From positions 1 through 37,629 of the forward strand of contig JBFMGU010000090.1 of the NCBI GenBank assembly GCA_040752415.1: a DNA stretch of 37,629 nucleotides. The letters run 5' to 3'. The notes under the pieces were generated by a model. That model had not been told where the DNA came from. It ran no database searches and saw only the letters and a program-made list of their open reading frames with translations. Origin of the DNA: Myxococcota bacterium. GTDB lineage: Bacteria > Myxococcota > JACRCW01. This document shows, one piece after another, positions 25,501 through 37,629 of the stretch. A program made the position numbers and the translations under genes. How positions within the stretch are numbered: the first letter of the stretch is position 1; each line of letters starts with the position of its first letter.

Positions 25501-28119
25501 GCCGCACACGCTCTTCGCATAGAGGTGGCTGTTGCAGGATTCCGAGGTCATGGCCGGGCAGCTGGAGCACAGGTGCTGGGCCGCCGCTTCCCGTCCGCAC
25601 GGGAGCGGGCCGTACTCGGGGTCGGTGCACTTGGTGGCGTCGGGTGGCTGGCAGTTCAATCCGCCGGAAGACGAGCTCGAGGAGGAGCTGGAGGAGGAGG
25701 AGGACGAGCTCGAAGACGAGGACGAGGACGAGCTGGACGACGAGGACGAGCTGGACGACGAGGACGCGCTCGAGGATGAGGAGCTTGACGACTCCCCACT
25801 GGAAGAGCTCGAGGAAGAAGAGCCCACGTCACCCGATGAGGAGGAGCCGGTGCTGCTCGAAGCGCTCGACGAGCTGCTGCCGGTGTTCTCCTCGGCGCAC
25901 AGGTGGTCGCATCCATCGCCATCGGTGGTGTTTCCGTCATCACACGCCTCGTAGCCCACGTCGACCTGGTTGTCGCCGCAGACATGCACGGCGCCGTCGA
26001 CGTAGCGGCACGCTGCGTTGCACAGCCGGCACGCCGTCTCACCGTAGGGACAATCCGTCTCCACCACGCCACGCGTGTCGCATTCCTCGCCGGCCGCGGC
26101 GTCGACAATGCCGTCACCACAGAAGGCCGCGAATCCCGACTGCAACTGGCAGGTCTCCGGCGCGCACACCGTGCACGACATCTCCCCGTACGGGCAGGTC
26201 AGCGTGTTGTTGGCGCCGTCGTCGCATTCCTCCTGGCCCGCGTGGACCAGGCCGTCGCCGCAGGTGGCCAGGTTGCAGTTGGTGAGGCAGTCCCCGGTGT
26301 CGCCGTTGAGCGCGCCGTTGTCGCATTGCTCCACGCCCTCATAGAGCCGGCCATCACCGCACACGTTGGCCTTGCAGGACTTGAAGCAGCCGTCGGTCTC
26401 CAGGGTGTTGGCGTCGTCGCATTCCTCGTTCACGTCGACAATTCCGTCACCGCAGGGGGTCTCCACCGCGCCCACGTCGCACGACTGGCCCACGGGCCGG
26501 ACATTGGAATGCGTGTCATCCATCAACGCCGGCGGGGACGCGCTGCCATCCGCCTCGGTACAACCAGCGGCGTTGCCGGCGTTGATGAGCGGACTGCCGG
26601 CTCCCATGACCAGCGCGGGAATCTGTTCCGTCTGATCCCAGCCCACCAGGGGCCCGCCCGTGGTGGCCATGACCAGGAAACCAGGGTCCAATCCCTGCTG
26701 GTCCACGTTGGTGGCACCGGTGGCGGCACAGCCCGTCATGTCGCCTACGAGATTGTACCCACCGCTGACCAACGTGTTGGCACCACCACCTCCGTCCACC
26801 GCGCGACAGTTGGGCGCGGGTCCGAACGCGGTCGCCGCGAGGTTGCCGGTCATCACGGAGTTCTGCATGAACAACGTGCCGCTGACGAAGTGGATGGCGC
26901 CGCCCTTGCCGCTGTTGTTGTTGTCGGCGTCAGCGCGGTTGCTCACCATGGTGACGTTGCTGAAGCGGAACGTGTTGCTTCCGTACCCGTACAGGGCTCC
27001 GCCATCTCCGTTGGCCTGGTTGCCGTAGAAGGTGACATTGCTGGCCAGGATGACCTGCGAATTGCCCCCGTGCACCGCGCCACCCGCGACTCCTGCGGCA
27101 TTGCCCATGAAGGCGGAGCGTCGCAGCGTCAGCCGCGCGCCGGTTCCATACGTCGAGACAAAGATGGCGCCTCCGCCCGAGCTCGCGGTGTTGCTGTCGA
27201 ACACGCTGTCGGTGACGGTGATGTCACCAAAGGCGGCCACCGCACCGGCGTCGCTGCCCTGGTTCCGACGGAACACGGAGCGGGTGATGACGGAGGTCTG
27301 GTAGTTGGTGACGTGGACGGCGCCACCCGCGCCGGTGGTGCGGTTGTTGATGAACGTGCAATCCGCGATCTGGGTGCTGGTCACGTTCTGCGAGGGGAAA
27401 TTGGTGAAGATGCCCGCGCCGACGTAGGCCGTGTTGTCCTGGAACAGCGACCGACTGACCTGGAGGTGACCGCCGTTGGTGATGGCCCCACCCGCCGCTC
27501 CCTGGGTGCTGCTGCGCAGGAAGCGCGAGTTGGTGATCGCCGCGGTGGTGGCGTCGGAACCGGAATTCAACAGACACGCGCCGCCGTTGGCGCGGAAGCT
27601 GTCCTGGCACGTCACGTCATCCAACACCACGCTCCCCATGTTCGCCACCGCGGAGGCGTGACCGGCGTTGTTGTCGGCGTAGCTCCGCTGGAGGGTGACG
27701 CCAGTGAGTCGCAACGACACGCCGCCCCACACCTTGATGAGCCAGGTGCTTCCCTGTCCGTCGAGGATGGTGTTGGAGGAGCCCTGACCGGTGATGTTCA
27801 TGCTGCGCGTCAGCTCGATCCGGTTCGACATCAGGATCGTGCTCGGCGTGGGCAGCGAGAACACGATGTCCGTGGGAATGCTCCCCTGCGTGTCGCACTC
27901 ATTGACGGTAATGCCGCTGTTGATGGCCTGCACCGCTTCCCGCAGGGAGCAGGCTCCATCCGCTGCCACCGTGTCCGCCGTGGTGGTGACCACCAGCGTT
28001 CCCGCGGCTCTCGCCGTCGACGTGCCAAGCAACGCCGCGAACAGGACCAGGACCTGGGTTCCCCCGCAAACACCGTACGGGCCACGGATGCTGCGAGTGC
28101 TGGTTTCGTGATTCTTCAT
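22537..28119 (-). CDS. Giant secreted multidomain protein (1860 aa): CSLREA, beta-helix, choice-of-anchor-Q-like, Cys-rich repeats, poly-Ser, unknown C-terminal module
   Basis: Signal peptide, [10 protein letters not shown], many GGA(I/V) and FxxN repeats, SPLINAG...CDVGAVE, five CGD(G/N)..E.CD repeats, ~70-aa Ser tract, ~1040-aa C-terminal module ending in amphipathic beta-strands. GGGGAGG RBS before ATG 28119. Confidence 0.9.
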   Translation of the reverse strand: MKNHETSTRSIRGPYGVCGGTQVLVLFAALLGTSTARAAGTLVVTTTADTVAADGACSLREAVQAINSGITVNECDTQGSIPTDIVFSLPTPSTILMSNRIELTRSMNITGQGSSNTILDGQGSTWLIKVWGGVSLRLTGVTLQRSYADNNAGHASAVANMGSVVLDDVTCQDSFRANGGACLLNSGSDATTAAITNSRFLRSSTQGAAGGAITNGGHLQVSRSLFQDNTAYVGAGIFTNFPSQNVTSTQIADCTFINNRTTGAGGAVHVTNYQTSVITRSVFRRNQGSDAGAVAAFGDITVTDSVFDSNTASSGGGAIFVSTYGTGARLTLRRSAFMGNAAGVAGGAVHGGNSQVILASNVTFYGNQANGDGGALYGYGSNTFRFSNVTMVSNRADADNNNSGKGGAIHFVSGTLFMQNSVMTGNLAATAFGPAPNCRAVDGGGGANTLVSGGYNLVGDMTGCAATGATNVDQQGLDPGFLVMATTGGPLVGWDQTEQIPALVMGAGSPLINAGNAAGCTEADGSASPPALMDDTHSNVRPVGQSCDVGAVETPCGDGIVDVNEECDDANTLETDGCFKSCKANVCGDGRLYEGVEQCDNGALNGDTGDCLTNCNLATCGDGLVHAGQEECDDGANNTLTCPYGEMSCTVCAPETCQLQSGFAAFCGDGIVDAAAGEECDTRGVVETDCPYGETACRLCNAACRYVDGAVHVCGDNQVDVGYEACDDGNTTDGDGCDHLCAEENTGSSSSSASSSTGSSSSGDVGSSSSSSSSGESSSSSSSSASSSSSSSSSSSSSSSSSSSSSSSSSSSSSSSSSGGLNCQPPDATKCTDPEYGPLPCGREAAAQHLCSSCPAMTSESCNSHLYAKSVCGQQAVADGLCASICDQEQNNINKPMCEGDWLGSACGQLEATRWSNAVSQENLSLSTCAGLKAQLAGGGGVAMVDPPPSTTRQVILPKTVMTGQGNLVPHAVRDKTQADVFPYTAPGLFHVGGYSTYRARQTRQSMMASSSAPDLTRGNSTFTLLLDNLFKANMNANGKRVDSCREYVFEKYWNFSKWEEKTASAGNNWRAYFDAAYAPPQWVNGFVITPVWAIGTRGMANDPIRSRDGKRLAKQVQFDNPEDYKNIFFALRAHSETSEPSELGAAIMELLGPSGGVQICGTQAAEITPARLHLCDADLANTINDGWLNHQVPDRGWNYHYQKAQAQAAAGWTDEDLYLADALKARYADVLRQRQEVASILSAYLAAPAHHTFFPQGAALPDPGIVFADTVMSQLSTMRNRTEVGGLQSAMVTPVTAATVGAASKTVLGNMLNSGVAATLGGVQTSLLQDINNSTQGGLAQPMKTTFPSPGALPPQIVVGSRVMNVAQSLEELRNSTFGLVGELVYLDAVLESMLHEAQEYSCLNLDEGNPCDWSPRDFAHAVMGYYAPDQEADYQRCVRNTAAVGFNNIRGRKMGLKTTNAVGTSTVKVPELLSYENVNGVAKTVTKPCVLDADGNLRTDTVPGSRDALKTFNTNCPTCNDWTKDTTHLDTYFQCVDELKKLISAELKKLGNLMDEKGKLRLTQSTGEDEQSGNDDFNLHYSYGFGWALTGFSEYVAMTTPDTTKLKPEMYAHISAGATAFGHAVELVEGSAHVNTANTGTSFNLGALGVTENQLEFKVLGMDLFTPANTHVTASADIVHGQEEEKQDFIKVKVPFALGPIPMSLTGGIAGRLGVHYGARVEIQQAIGTRTTLTGYFTPYAGLDGFASVGLDIFIAEAGVRIDLTIIQADLPFTVSVGLGDVNGELGVKLDTNMDLVLKTLGGRFSVYLRILFASWDWTIFSWEGFQRAINIFHAGMELPLAPLREVLAEFSNPNKVQ
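25666..25878 (-). repeat. Low-complexity coding repeat (poly-Ser linker)
   Basis: About 70 codons dominated by TCC/TCG/AGC, including tandem GAGGACGAGCTGGACGAC copies on the + strand. Confidence 0.9.
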
Positions 28120-28169
28120 GGTTGGGCCTCCCCGCGATGGCGATGGCAATGGGATGGGTCGATGTTGGT

Positions 28170-30761
28170 TTACGGCGCCTGGTCCACGAACAGCGTGTAG
28201 GGCACGGCTTGCGTCACCGAAATGGGCTGCACGCGCACCACGTAGTCACCGGCGACCAGGCTGAGCGGCCCCAGGAACTCCGGGTTGTCCGACGACGCCG
28301 CGGCGTCAATGGCGGTTCCGTCGGCGGAGAGCACGTACAGATCCAGGTCCGCGGTGGTGTCCTCCCACCCGAGGATCAGGGTGACGTCCGCGTCGGTGGG
28401 AACGTTGAACTGGTAATGGTCATCATCCAGCGCGTCGCAGGCTTCCGCGGAGAGCGGGAACGTGGTGGCGGAATACGCGCTGTCGACGCTGTTGTTGGGC
28501 TCCATGGCGCTGTCGCCGCACGACGGCGGGGCCTGCGTCTGGATGTCCACCGAGTAGGGAACCGGGAAGGTCCCGTCGGGATTGCCGGCGGCCACGTGGA
28601 GCACCAGCCACTCCAACGACGCACCCGTGGACCAGGACAGCTCGAAGTCCGTCCGCGTGGCGCCGGGCACCAGCGTGTTGCCCTGGTCATCCAGGAGCTC
28701 CACCGTCAGATTCGACGCGGCGCTCACGTTCACCAGGATCCGCTGGTTCGCCGGGGCGCTAAACCGGAAGAAGTCCTCGTCGTCCACCGCGCAGGTGGCC
28801 TGGTCCAGGTGCGTGGCGCTCACGGTGGCAGCGGTGGCCAGGGACTCATTGGGCTCGTTCGCCTCGGCGTTGCACTCCGGGAGCGGCTCCAGCGTCACGT
28901 CGACGGTGTAGCTCTCCTGGTCCACCGTGGCGTCGGGCTCCAGCGCCAGGAACAGGTAGCCGGTGGACCCGGCGGGATAGAACGCCTGCAGCGTGACGGT
29001 GGACTCCGAGGCGCTGCGCACGTCCAGCGGCGTCACGCCATCCTCCGCCACCAACTGCACGGAGAAGGCCTGGTCCGCAGCGGGCAGCGTGACCGTCACC
29101 TGTGCGAACGAATCGGTCGCCACGGCAAACGCCGCCACATCCACGTCGCCACGACACAACGTTCCCGCCGTGAGTTGTCCCGTGCCCAGCGTCACCGGGA
29201 TGACCGTGGCCTGGCTCGGGTCATTGTTCGGCTCGTCGGACTCCGTGCAGACGGAGGGAAGCGTTTCACAACGGTATTGCCCCGGCTGGCACGACGCGGG
29301 CGCGGCACACGCTTCCTGGTCGCTGCATTGCGCTTCCATGCAGGATTGCGTGGTGGGTTGGCACACGCGCCCATTGGTGCAGTCGGAATCCTGCACGCAG
29401 GAATCCACGGCGGGAACGCATCGGCCGGTCCTGGCGCTGCAAGAGAGGCCCGGGCCACAGGTTCCCTCGACGCACGACGGACAGTCTCCTTCCGCGGTGC
29501 AGACTTGGGCCGAAACGCAGGTGCTGGCGCCGCGCACGAGGTCGTCAATGCAGATGGAGGGAGCGGGAGTATCCGGCACGGTGATGCGCGCAACGTCCTG
29601 CCGTTCTCCGTCCGCCAGCGTGGACGTCGACAGGAAGGCGGCCAGTTGCCCGTACAGCTCGATGGCCACCAGTCCTTCCGTGGCACTCCCGCCGTTGGCC
29701 GCGTAATGATGCACCTGGACCACGTACTGACCCGGCGGCGGAACGTTGAGCTCGATGCGCTCGGGGCCGTAGCCGTCCTCGACGTCCAACGTCAGTACCG
29801 GGTCGGACGTGCCCGCGTCGGGGTTGCCCCATGGCGGCGGGTCCTGTGAGCCCGGTCGGCAATTCACGAAGCTGCAATCCGCGGGCGAGTCCGGGATCAC
29901 GCCGCCGTCGGGCTGTACCTGGAGGAGATGCAGGTCCAGGTCGGTGCTGCGCGTGGGCCAGGTCAATTCCACCGTCACACCCGCGCGCGCCAGGACCTCC
30001 AACATGCACGTGCGTGCCTCCTGGCTCCCGTCGTCGCCATGGAGGTCCACGCGCAGGATGTAGACACCCGCCACCGTGAGGCCCGGCCGCTCACCGGAGA
30101 TGAAAGACGTGCTGGCCCCCAGCGGCGAGGTGAGGGCCAACGTTGCACCCGGTGGCATCTGCTCCACGTTCCACCGGCGCGCGTCAATGGTGGCCCCCGA
30201 AGACAAGGCGAAACCAGCCGCAGTCACCACCACGTCATCGTCGACGTGAACGGCACCGGTGGCGGAACTGCCGTTGACCGAGACGACCTCGCACGCCGGG
30301 AGCACGGGCGGCGGGCCCGCATCACCGGACGAGCTGCTCGTGCCACTGGATGTGCCACTTGCGCCACTGGATGTGCCAGCCGTGCCGGACGAGCTGCTGC
30401 TGGTGCCGCTTGACGTGCCAGCGCTGCTGCTCGACGTGCCACCGGTGCCACCCGACGAGCTGGAAGCGCTGCTGCTCGCGCTGCTCGACGTGCCGCTGCT
30501 TGTGCCGCTGGATGTGCCACTTGTGCCACTGGATGTGCCACTTGTGCCGGTCGCGGAGCTGCTGCTTGCGCTGGAGGAGCTGGTGCTGGTCTGGCCCGAA
30601 GAAGACGAAGCGGATGAAGAGGACGAAGATCCCGCCGCCGACCCGCCCGACGACGACGAGGTGGAGGATGACGTTCCGGGCGGTGGACATCCCGCCAACG
30701 CCAACACCGCGCCAGGGACGAAGAGAATCCTGACCAGGGGCCAAACACGAGCCGTGCTCAT
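28170..30761 (-). CDS. Lipoprotein with Ser/Gly/Thr tether, PKD-like and YfaP/DUF2135-like domains, Cys-rich repeats and three PPC-like domains (863 aa)
   Basis: Lipobox LALAGC; VELTWPTRSTDLDLHL...GYGPERI; CxxDxDC repeats; DEPNND, NEPNES and MEPNNS repeats. The track start at 30821 lies inside the sigma54 promoter, so ATG 30761 is preferred. Confidence 0.87.
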   Translation of the reverse strand: MSTARVWPLVRILFVPGAVLALAGCPPPGTSSSTSSSSGGSAAGSSSSSSASSSSGQTSTSSSSASSSSATGTSGTSSGTSGTSSGTSSGTSSSASSSASSSSGGTGGTSSSSAGTSSGTSSSSSGTAGTSSGASGTSSGTSSSSGDAGPPPVLPACEVVSVNGSSATGAVHVDDDVVVTAAGFALSSGATIDARRWNVEQMPPGATLALTSPLGASTSFISGERPGLTVAGVYILRVDLHGDDGSQEARTCMLEVLARAGVTVELTWPTRSTDLDLHLLQVQPDGGVIPDSPADCSFVNCRPGSQDPPPWGNPDAGTSDPVLTLDVEDGYGPERIELNVPPPGQYVVQVHHYAANGGSATEGLVAIELYGQLAAFLSTSTLADGERQDVARITVPDTPAPSICIDDLVRGASTCVSAQVCTAEGDCPSCVEGTCGPGLSCSARTGRCVPAVDSCVQDSDCTNGRVCQPTTQSCMEAQCSDQEACAAPASCQPGQYRCETLPSVCTESDEPNNDPSQATVIPVTLGTGQLTAGTLCRGDVDVAAFAVATDSFAQVTVTLPAADQAFSVQLVAEDGVTPLDVRSASESTVTLQAFYPAGSTGYLFLALEPDATVDQESYTVDVTLEPLPECNAEANEPNESLATAATVSATHLDQATCAVDDEDFFRFSAPANQRILVNVSAASNLTVELLDDQGNTLVPGATRTDFELSWSTGASLEWLVLHVAAGNPDGTFPVPYSVDIQTQAPPSCGDSAMEPNNSVDSAYSATTFPLSAEACDALDDDHYQFNVPTDADVTLILGWEDTTADLDLYVLSADGTAIDAAASSDNPEFLGPLSLVAGDYVVRVQPISVTQAVPYTLFVDQAP
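30340..30548. repeat. 21-bp coding repeats within the Ser/Gly/Thr linker
   Basis: GTGCCACTGGATGTGCCACTT units at ~30340-30378 and ~30502-30548 encode SGTSSGT. Confidence 0.75.
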
Positions 30762-30816
30762 TCCTGCTGCTCCCGATTGCGTTTCATGAAGGCTGTCTCG
30801 CGCACCGGCACGGGTG

Positions 30817-30833
30817 AGCAAGATGTGTTCCAG
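30817..30833 (-). promoter_or_regulatory. Sigma54 (-24/-12) promoter for the 30761->20582 operon
   Basis: The minus strand reads CTGGAACACATCTTGCT, matching TGGCACG-N4-TTGCW with exact GG-N10-GC spacing. It sits 55 nt upstream of ATG 30761, next to a sigma54 activator gene. Confidence 0.75.
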
Positions 30834-30951
30834 GCGCCGGCATCGACGTGACCGTCAATCCGGTTGAACGCTTCATGCGCCTGTCCCGTCCGCGGGTCAA
30901 GGCTTCACGACGTGGAGTGAGCCCGGTCACGCGACGCTCTCAGGCGTTCGC

Positions 30952-30972
30952 GCAAAAGGAATCTCCTGTTGC
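30952..30972. promoter_or_regulatory. Imperfect inverted repeat, candidate activator (UAS) site
   Basis: GCAAAAGGA-ATC-TCCTGTTGC (8/9 arm match), ~120-140 bp upstream of the -24 box. Confidence 0.35.
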
Positions 30973-31065
30973 ATTTTGTCTGGGTGTGACTCGTCATCCT
31001 GACGCCTCACCCCGACGACGGTCCGTGCTGGTTCCTGGTCAACCTTGCTGATATGACGGGTTGCC

Positions 31066-32439
31066 GTGGAAGAGACGGAGACGGTCGACCAGTCGTGGAC
31101 GTATCAGCGCGAAGGCGCGGCCACTTCCGCCGGTGCGGTTCCTGGTCTGCTCGCACTCTTTTCCGGCACCGAGGCCATGCAGCTGGGAATTCCGTTGCGG
31201 GAGTCGCGCGTCCTGGGACGGGGCGACATTGGCGGCGTACCGCTGGATGATCCGCGCATGTCACGTCGCCACGCGGAGGTGATGTTCGACGGCGCGCGTT
31301 GGCACATCCATGACCTTGGCAGCCGCAATGGCACGTTCCTGGATGGGGAGCCGGTGGAAGGTCGCGTGGTCACCAACAAGGCCCGCGTGCTGCGCGTGGG
31401 TGGCACCCTGTTTGGCCTGCTCTCCGACCTGCGCCCCTACCAGCGCTCCGTGATGGAAGGCCAGGAGGGAATGGTCCTGGGCGCAAGAATGCAACGTCAA
31501 TGGGAACAGATTGCGTTGGCCGCGCGCACCGGCGACATGCTGCATATCACCGGCGAGAGCGGAAGCGGCAAGGAGGCCGCGGCGCGGCATTTCCACCGGT
31601 CCAGCACGCGCGGGCAGGGTCCCTTTGTGGCGGTGAATTGCGCATCCATTCCTCCGCTGCTCGCGGAACGCCTGCTGTTTGGCGCGCGCAAAGGTGCGTA
31701 TTCCGGCGCCGACGCGGACGCGGAAGGCTACGTTCAAGCGGCGCAGGGCGGCACCTTGTTCCTCGACGAGATTGCCGAGCTGGACCTCTCCGTGCAGGCC
31801 AAGCTGCTGCGCGTGGTGGAATCCAAGGAGGTCTTGGCGCTTGGTGCCACCCGGCCGCGCAAGGTGGAATTCGGTTTGTGTTCCGCCACCAACCAGGACC
31901 TGCGCGGTCGCGTGGCCACGGGGAAGTTCCGTGCGGACTTGTTCTTCCGCATTGGGCGGCCGGCGGTGGCGCTTCCCCCGCTGCGCGATCGCATCGAGGA
32001 CATTCCGTGGATCATGCAGGGGCAGCTGCGGAAGCTCGGGTCGCTGGGGTTGCACCCCTCGCTCGTCGAGCAGGCCCTGGTGCGCCCCTGGCCGGGAAAC
32101 GTGCGTGAATTGATCGTGGAGCTCCGCGACGCCGCCACCGCGGCCATGGCCCGCAAGAGCCCGCGCGTGGAGGCCTGTGACCTGCGCCCGGACGCCGGAA
32201 CCTCGTTCACGCCGGAGACGCTCCCCGCGCGTCCAGCTCCCGCGGTTTCCGGCGGTGAAGACCCGGTGTTGACGGCCTTGCGACGCGAGCGCGGCAACGT
32301 CTCCCGCGCGGCGCGCGCACTCGGCTGGCACCGCACGCAGCTGCGGCGTTGGCTCACCAAGCACAACATCGACCCCCGGCAGCTCGGCGCCGACGACAGC
32401 CGCCACGACGGAGCTGATTCTCCGTTGGAAAACGACTGA
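31066..32439 (+). CDS. FHA-domain sigma54-dependent enhancer-binding protein (Fis-type HTH)
   Basis: FHA motifs LGR, MSRRHAE, DLGSRNGTF. AAA+ motifs GESGSGKE, FVAVNCA, GAYSGA, TLFLDEI, FRADLFFR, WPGNVREL. HTH GNVSRAARALGWHRTQL. Confidence 0.95.
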   Translation: MEETETVDQSWTYQREGAATSAGAVPGLLALFSGTEAMQLGIPLRESRVLGRGDIGGVPLDDPRMSRRHAEVMFDGARWHIHDLGSRNGTFLDGEPVEGRVVTNKARVLRVGGTLFGLLSDLRPYQRSVMEGQEGMVLGARMQRQWEQIALAARTGDMLHITGESGSGKEAAARHFHRSSTRGQGPFVAVNCASIPPLLAERLLFGARKGAYSGADADAEGYVQAAQGGTLFLDEIAELDLSVQAKLLRVVESKEVLALGATRPRKVEFGLCSATNQDLRGRVATGKFRADLFFRIGRPAVALPPLRDRIEDIPWIMQGQLRKLGSLGLHPSLVEQALVRPWPGNVRELIVELRDAATAAMARKSPRVEACDLRPDAGTSFTPETLPARPAPAVSGGEDPVLTALRRERGNVSRAARALGWHRTQLRRWLTKHNIDPRQLGADDSRHDGADSPLEND

Positions 32440-32442
32440 CCC

Positions 32443-35727
<3,285 letters not shown>

Positions 35728-35757
35728 ACGGCTCGAGCAGGGTCTTCATCCACGAGA

Positions 35758-36333
35758 TCACGGCGGCGAGCAGTAGCCGCCCAGCCCGAAGAACGTCTTG
35801 CACGTGTATCCCTCCGCCGCACGACACTCGTCGCTGGTGCTGCACGTGGGGACGCAGATCTGCAGCTGCGCCGAGCTGTTGCCGCCGCTCTGGCTCATCG
35901 TGGCGCAGGCGTACTCGTCGCCGCACTCGTCGCCGTTGGGGCAGCCCTTGGAGCAGAAACCGCCGGGGAAGTTGGCCACCACCTCACCGCTGAACGGATT
36001 GGTCACCGTGGTGTAGCACTCCATATCGGTGAGCTCGGTGCAGTCCGCCGCGGTGCTGCAGGGGTCGCCCACGCGCCCGGTGCCGGTGGTTCCTCCGCTG
36101 CTCGACGTGCTCCCGGTGGATGCACCGCCGCTGCTGGTGCCGGAGCCGCTCCCGTTCGACGCCGCGCCCGCCGACGACGAGGTGCCGCCGCTGCTGGCGC
36201 CTCCGCTCGTGCTGCTGCTGGTGGAGCTGCTGCTGCCCGCTTTCTCCCCGTCGGGCTCGGGGTTGGGGCACGCCACGACGGCAAGGATCGTGAATGCCGC
36301 CGTCGTCCACCACGCTGCCTGACCAATGCGCAC
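35758..36333 (-). CDS. Small Cys-rich lipoprotein with Ser/Gly tether (191 aa)
   Basis: GTG 36333 preceded by GGAGG, lipobox LAVVAC, Ser/Gly linker, VGDPCSTAADC...FPGGFCSKGC...CRAAEGYTC. Confidence 0.85.
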   Translation of the reverse strand: MRIGQAAWWTTAAFTILAVVACPNPEPDGEKAGSSSSTSSSTSGGASSGGTSSSAGAASNGSGSGTSSGGASTGSTSSSGGTTGTGRVGDPCSTAADCTELTDMECYTTVTNPFSGEVVANFPGGFCSKGCPNGDECGDEYACATMSQSGGNSSAQLQICVPTCSTSDECRAAEGYTCKTFFGLGGYCSPP

Positions 36334-36400
36334 GGATGCCTCCCTTCCCCTCTGTTTCGGTCGCTCTGCGCCCACAACCCATCCGTCAGCTGCCCGACCC

Positions 36401-36429
36401 TTGACACCTCTTGCGGTGACCGCAACGCT
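36401..36429 (+). promoter_or_regulatory. Candidate sigma70 promoter with a palindromic operator in the spacer
   Basis: Consensus TTGACA at 36401-36406, perfect dyad TTGCGGT-G-ACCGCAA at 36411-36425, weak -10 AACGCT 17 nt after the -35. Lies between divergent genes. Confidence 0.4.
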
Positions 36430-36469
36430 GCACCGCATCCGACGCATCCCGTCGACACGAGGTGGGCTC

Positions 36470-37432
36470 ATGACCGAACCGGGCGACCGCCGCTCCCGTG
36501 ACCAGGGCACCTTCCGACCCGCTCCCATGGTGCGCAACAGCGTGCCCGCGGGCGCGGCGCGCGCCCCCGTGGTCAGCAGCCATGCCACGTTGCGTCCCGG
36601 TCCCTCGTTCTCCGCGGTGGCGCCCGGCGTCGACGTGAGCACGCTCGCCATCGTCGGAGCGGACGCGGGACAGAGATTCGTGGAGCTGCGTGACAGCCGC
36701 GCGCAGGCGGTGCGGTTGCGCCAGGCCGGTCCCTCCAACCAGCCGCATTTCACCCTGGAGCTGGTGGGTGTGAAGACGCGGCAGGCGGGCAACATCCCCG
36801 TCACGCTGGAGATGGGGCAGGAGCTGGCGCCGGTGCTGCGCGAAGCGGCGGTGAAGCTGGTGGGGGACGCCCGCCGCACGACGTGGCTCACCGTGGCCAG
36901 TGAAATTCTCACCGCGCTGTCCCAGGCCGCCGACGTGACGCTGGCGCCATTGCCCACCGAGAAGGAATCCCACGCGCCCAAGGTCAACGCGGCGGAGTCC
37001 ACCACCACGTACGGCAGCGCGAATTCCTCCTGGAAGGGATTCAGCGCGCAGAAGCCCGCGGTGCAGGTGGGCGCACCCGCGCCGGCGTCGTCCGAGGAGG
37101 GAGGCACCGCGCTCGTCGAGGAATTGGCGCCGGGCCTGGATGTTCATGGCCTGGTGGTGAAGACCTTCAACGCGGTGAAGGGCACGGTGCGCGTCACCGA
37201 CGAGCGCGACAACGTGCTGGAGGTCCGGCAGACCAAGTTCTCGCCGCCACCGCAGTTTGCCGCGGAGTATTTCCCCGCCGAGGGCGTGGGCGCACGGAAG
37301 CCGGTGAACGCCGCGCTGGCCAAGGAGCTGGCGCCGTTGCTGGTGGGTGCGCTCAACCAGACGCGCGACGCCAACGAGGCCATGGGCAAGGCGGTGATCG
37401 TGCTGGCCAACGCGCTGCTGAAGGTCCCCTGA
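36470..37432 (+). CDS. Hypothetical protein with two copies of a ~100-aa unknown domain (320 aa)
   Basis: GAGGTG before ATG 36470, GC3-rich codons, visible internal duplication. Confidence 0.8.
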   Translation: MTEPGDRRSRDQGTFRPAPMVRNSVPAGAARAPVVSSHATLRPGPSFSAVAPGVDVSTLAIVGADAGQRFVELRDSRAQAVRLRQAGPSNQPHFTLELVGVKTRQAGNIPVTLEMGQELAPVLREAAVKLVGDARRTTWLTVASEILTALSQAADVTLAPLPTEKESHAPKVNAAESTTTYGSANSSWKGFSAQKPAVQVGAPAPASSEEGGTALVEELAPGLDVHGLVVKTFNAVKGTVRVTDERDNVLEVRQTKFSPPPQFAAEYFPAEGVGARKPVNAALAKELAPLLVGALNQTRDANEAMGKAVIVLANALLKVP

Positions 37433-37491
37433 GCGGACGTTCCACGACGACGATCCACCCTGTGCAGCTGAAGGGGCCGCGCCAGAACAAG

Positions 37492-37629
37492 ATGCCCATC
37501 GAGATTGCAGACGTCGTGAGCGGGCCACGACCTGGAGTGCGGCGGGCCCTCGCCGCCCTGGCCAGCGCCGCGGGTGTCGTCAACGGCCGATCGCGGAGCC
37601 CGGGACTCCTCGACGACGAGGAATGCGCG
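37492..37629 (+). CDS. Possible 5' fragment of a gene running off the window
   Basis: Open frame MPIEIADVVSGPRPGVRRALAALASAAG... to the window end, with no recognisable motif. Confidence 0.3.
   Translation, partial: MPIEIADVVSGPRPGVRRALAALASAAGVVNGRSRSPGLLDDEECA

Noticed and set aside
25532..25954. Highly acidic Glu/Asp ORF on the + strand
   Set aside because: It is the antisense reading of the poly-Ser linker.
30805..30820. Plus-strand sigma54-like box CCGGCACGGGTGAGCA
   Set aside because: GG-GC spacing is 9 nt, not the required 10.
36334..37107. N-terminal extension of ORF 35758..37107
   Set aside because: It overlaps the real + strand gene. The RBS and lipoprotein signal place the start at GTG 36333.

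Overview
A very GC-rich bacterial window that looks like Myxococcota or a related lineage, judged from Cys-rich repeat lipoproteins, an FHA-sigma54 activator and a WD40 Ser/Thr kinase. I see no rRNA, tRNA, CRISPR array or transposase. From left to right: a ~0.75 kb non-coding region with degenerate ~90-bp repeats; a BrxL-like AAA+/Lon gene with one unknown partner and no other BREX genes in view; a doubly frameshifted Cys-rich lipoprotein; two membrane proteins, one spermidine-synthase-like; a non-acylating ALDH fused to an Fe-ADH; a UPF0158 protein; a pfkA / CitE-like lyase / GH57-like lipoprotein run; a PPC lipoprotein, an alpha/beta hydrolase and a 2TM protein. The best candidate for an undescribed system is 20582-35727. 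There a sigma54 promoter precedes a three-gene operon: a PPC lipoprotein, a 1860-aa CSLREA/beta-helix protein with a C-terminal amphipathic beta-sheet, and a membrane-anchored protein resembling the N-terminal half of vitellogenin/MTP/apoB. An FHA-EBP and a kinase are encoded divergently from it. The last two operon genes may form a split bacterial large lipid transfer protein. All family calls are from motif recognition by eye, with no database searches.
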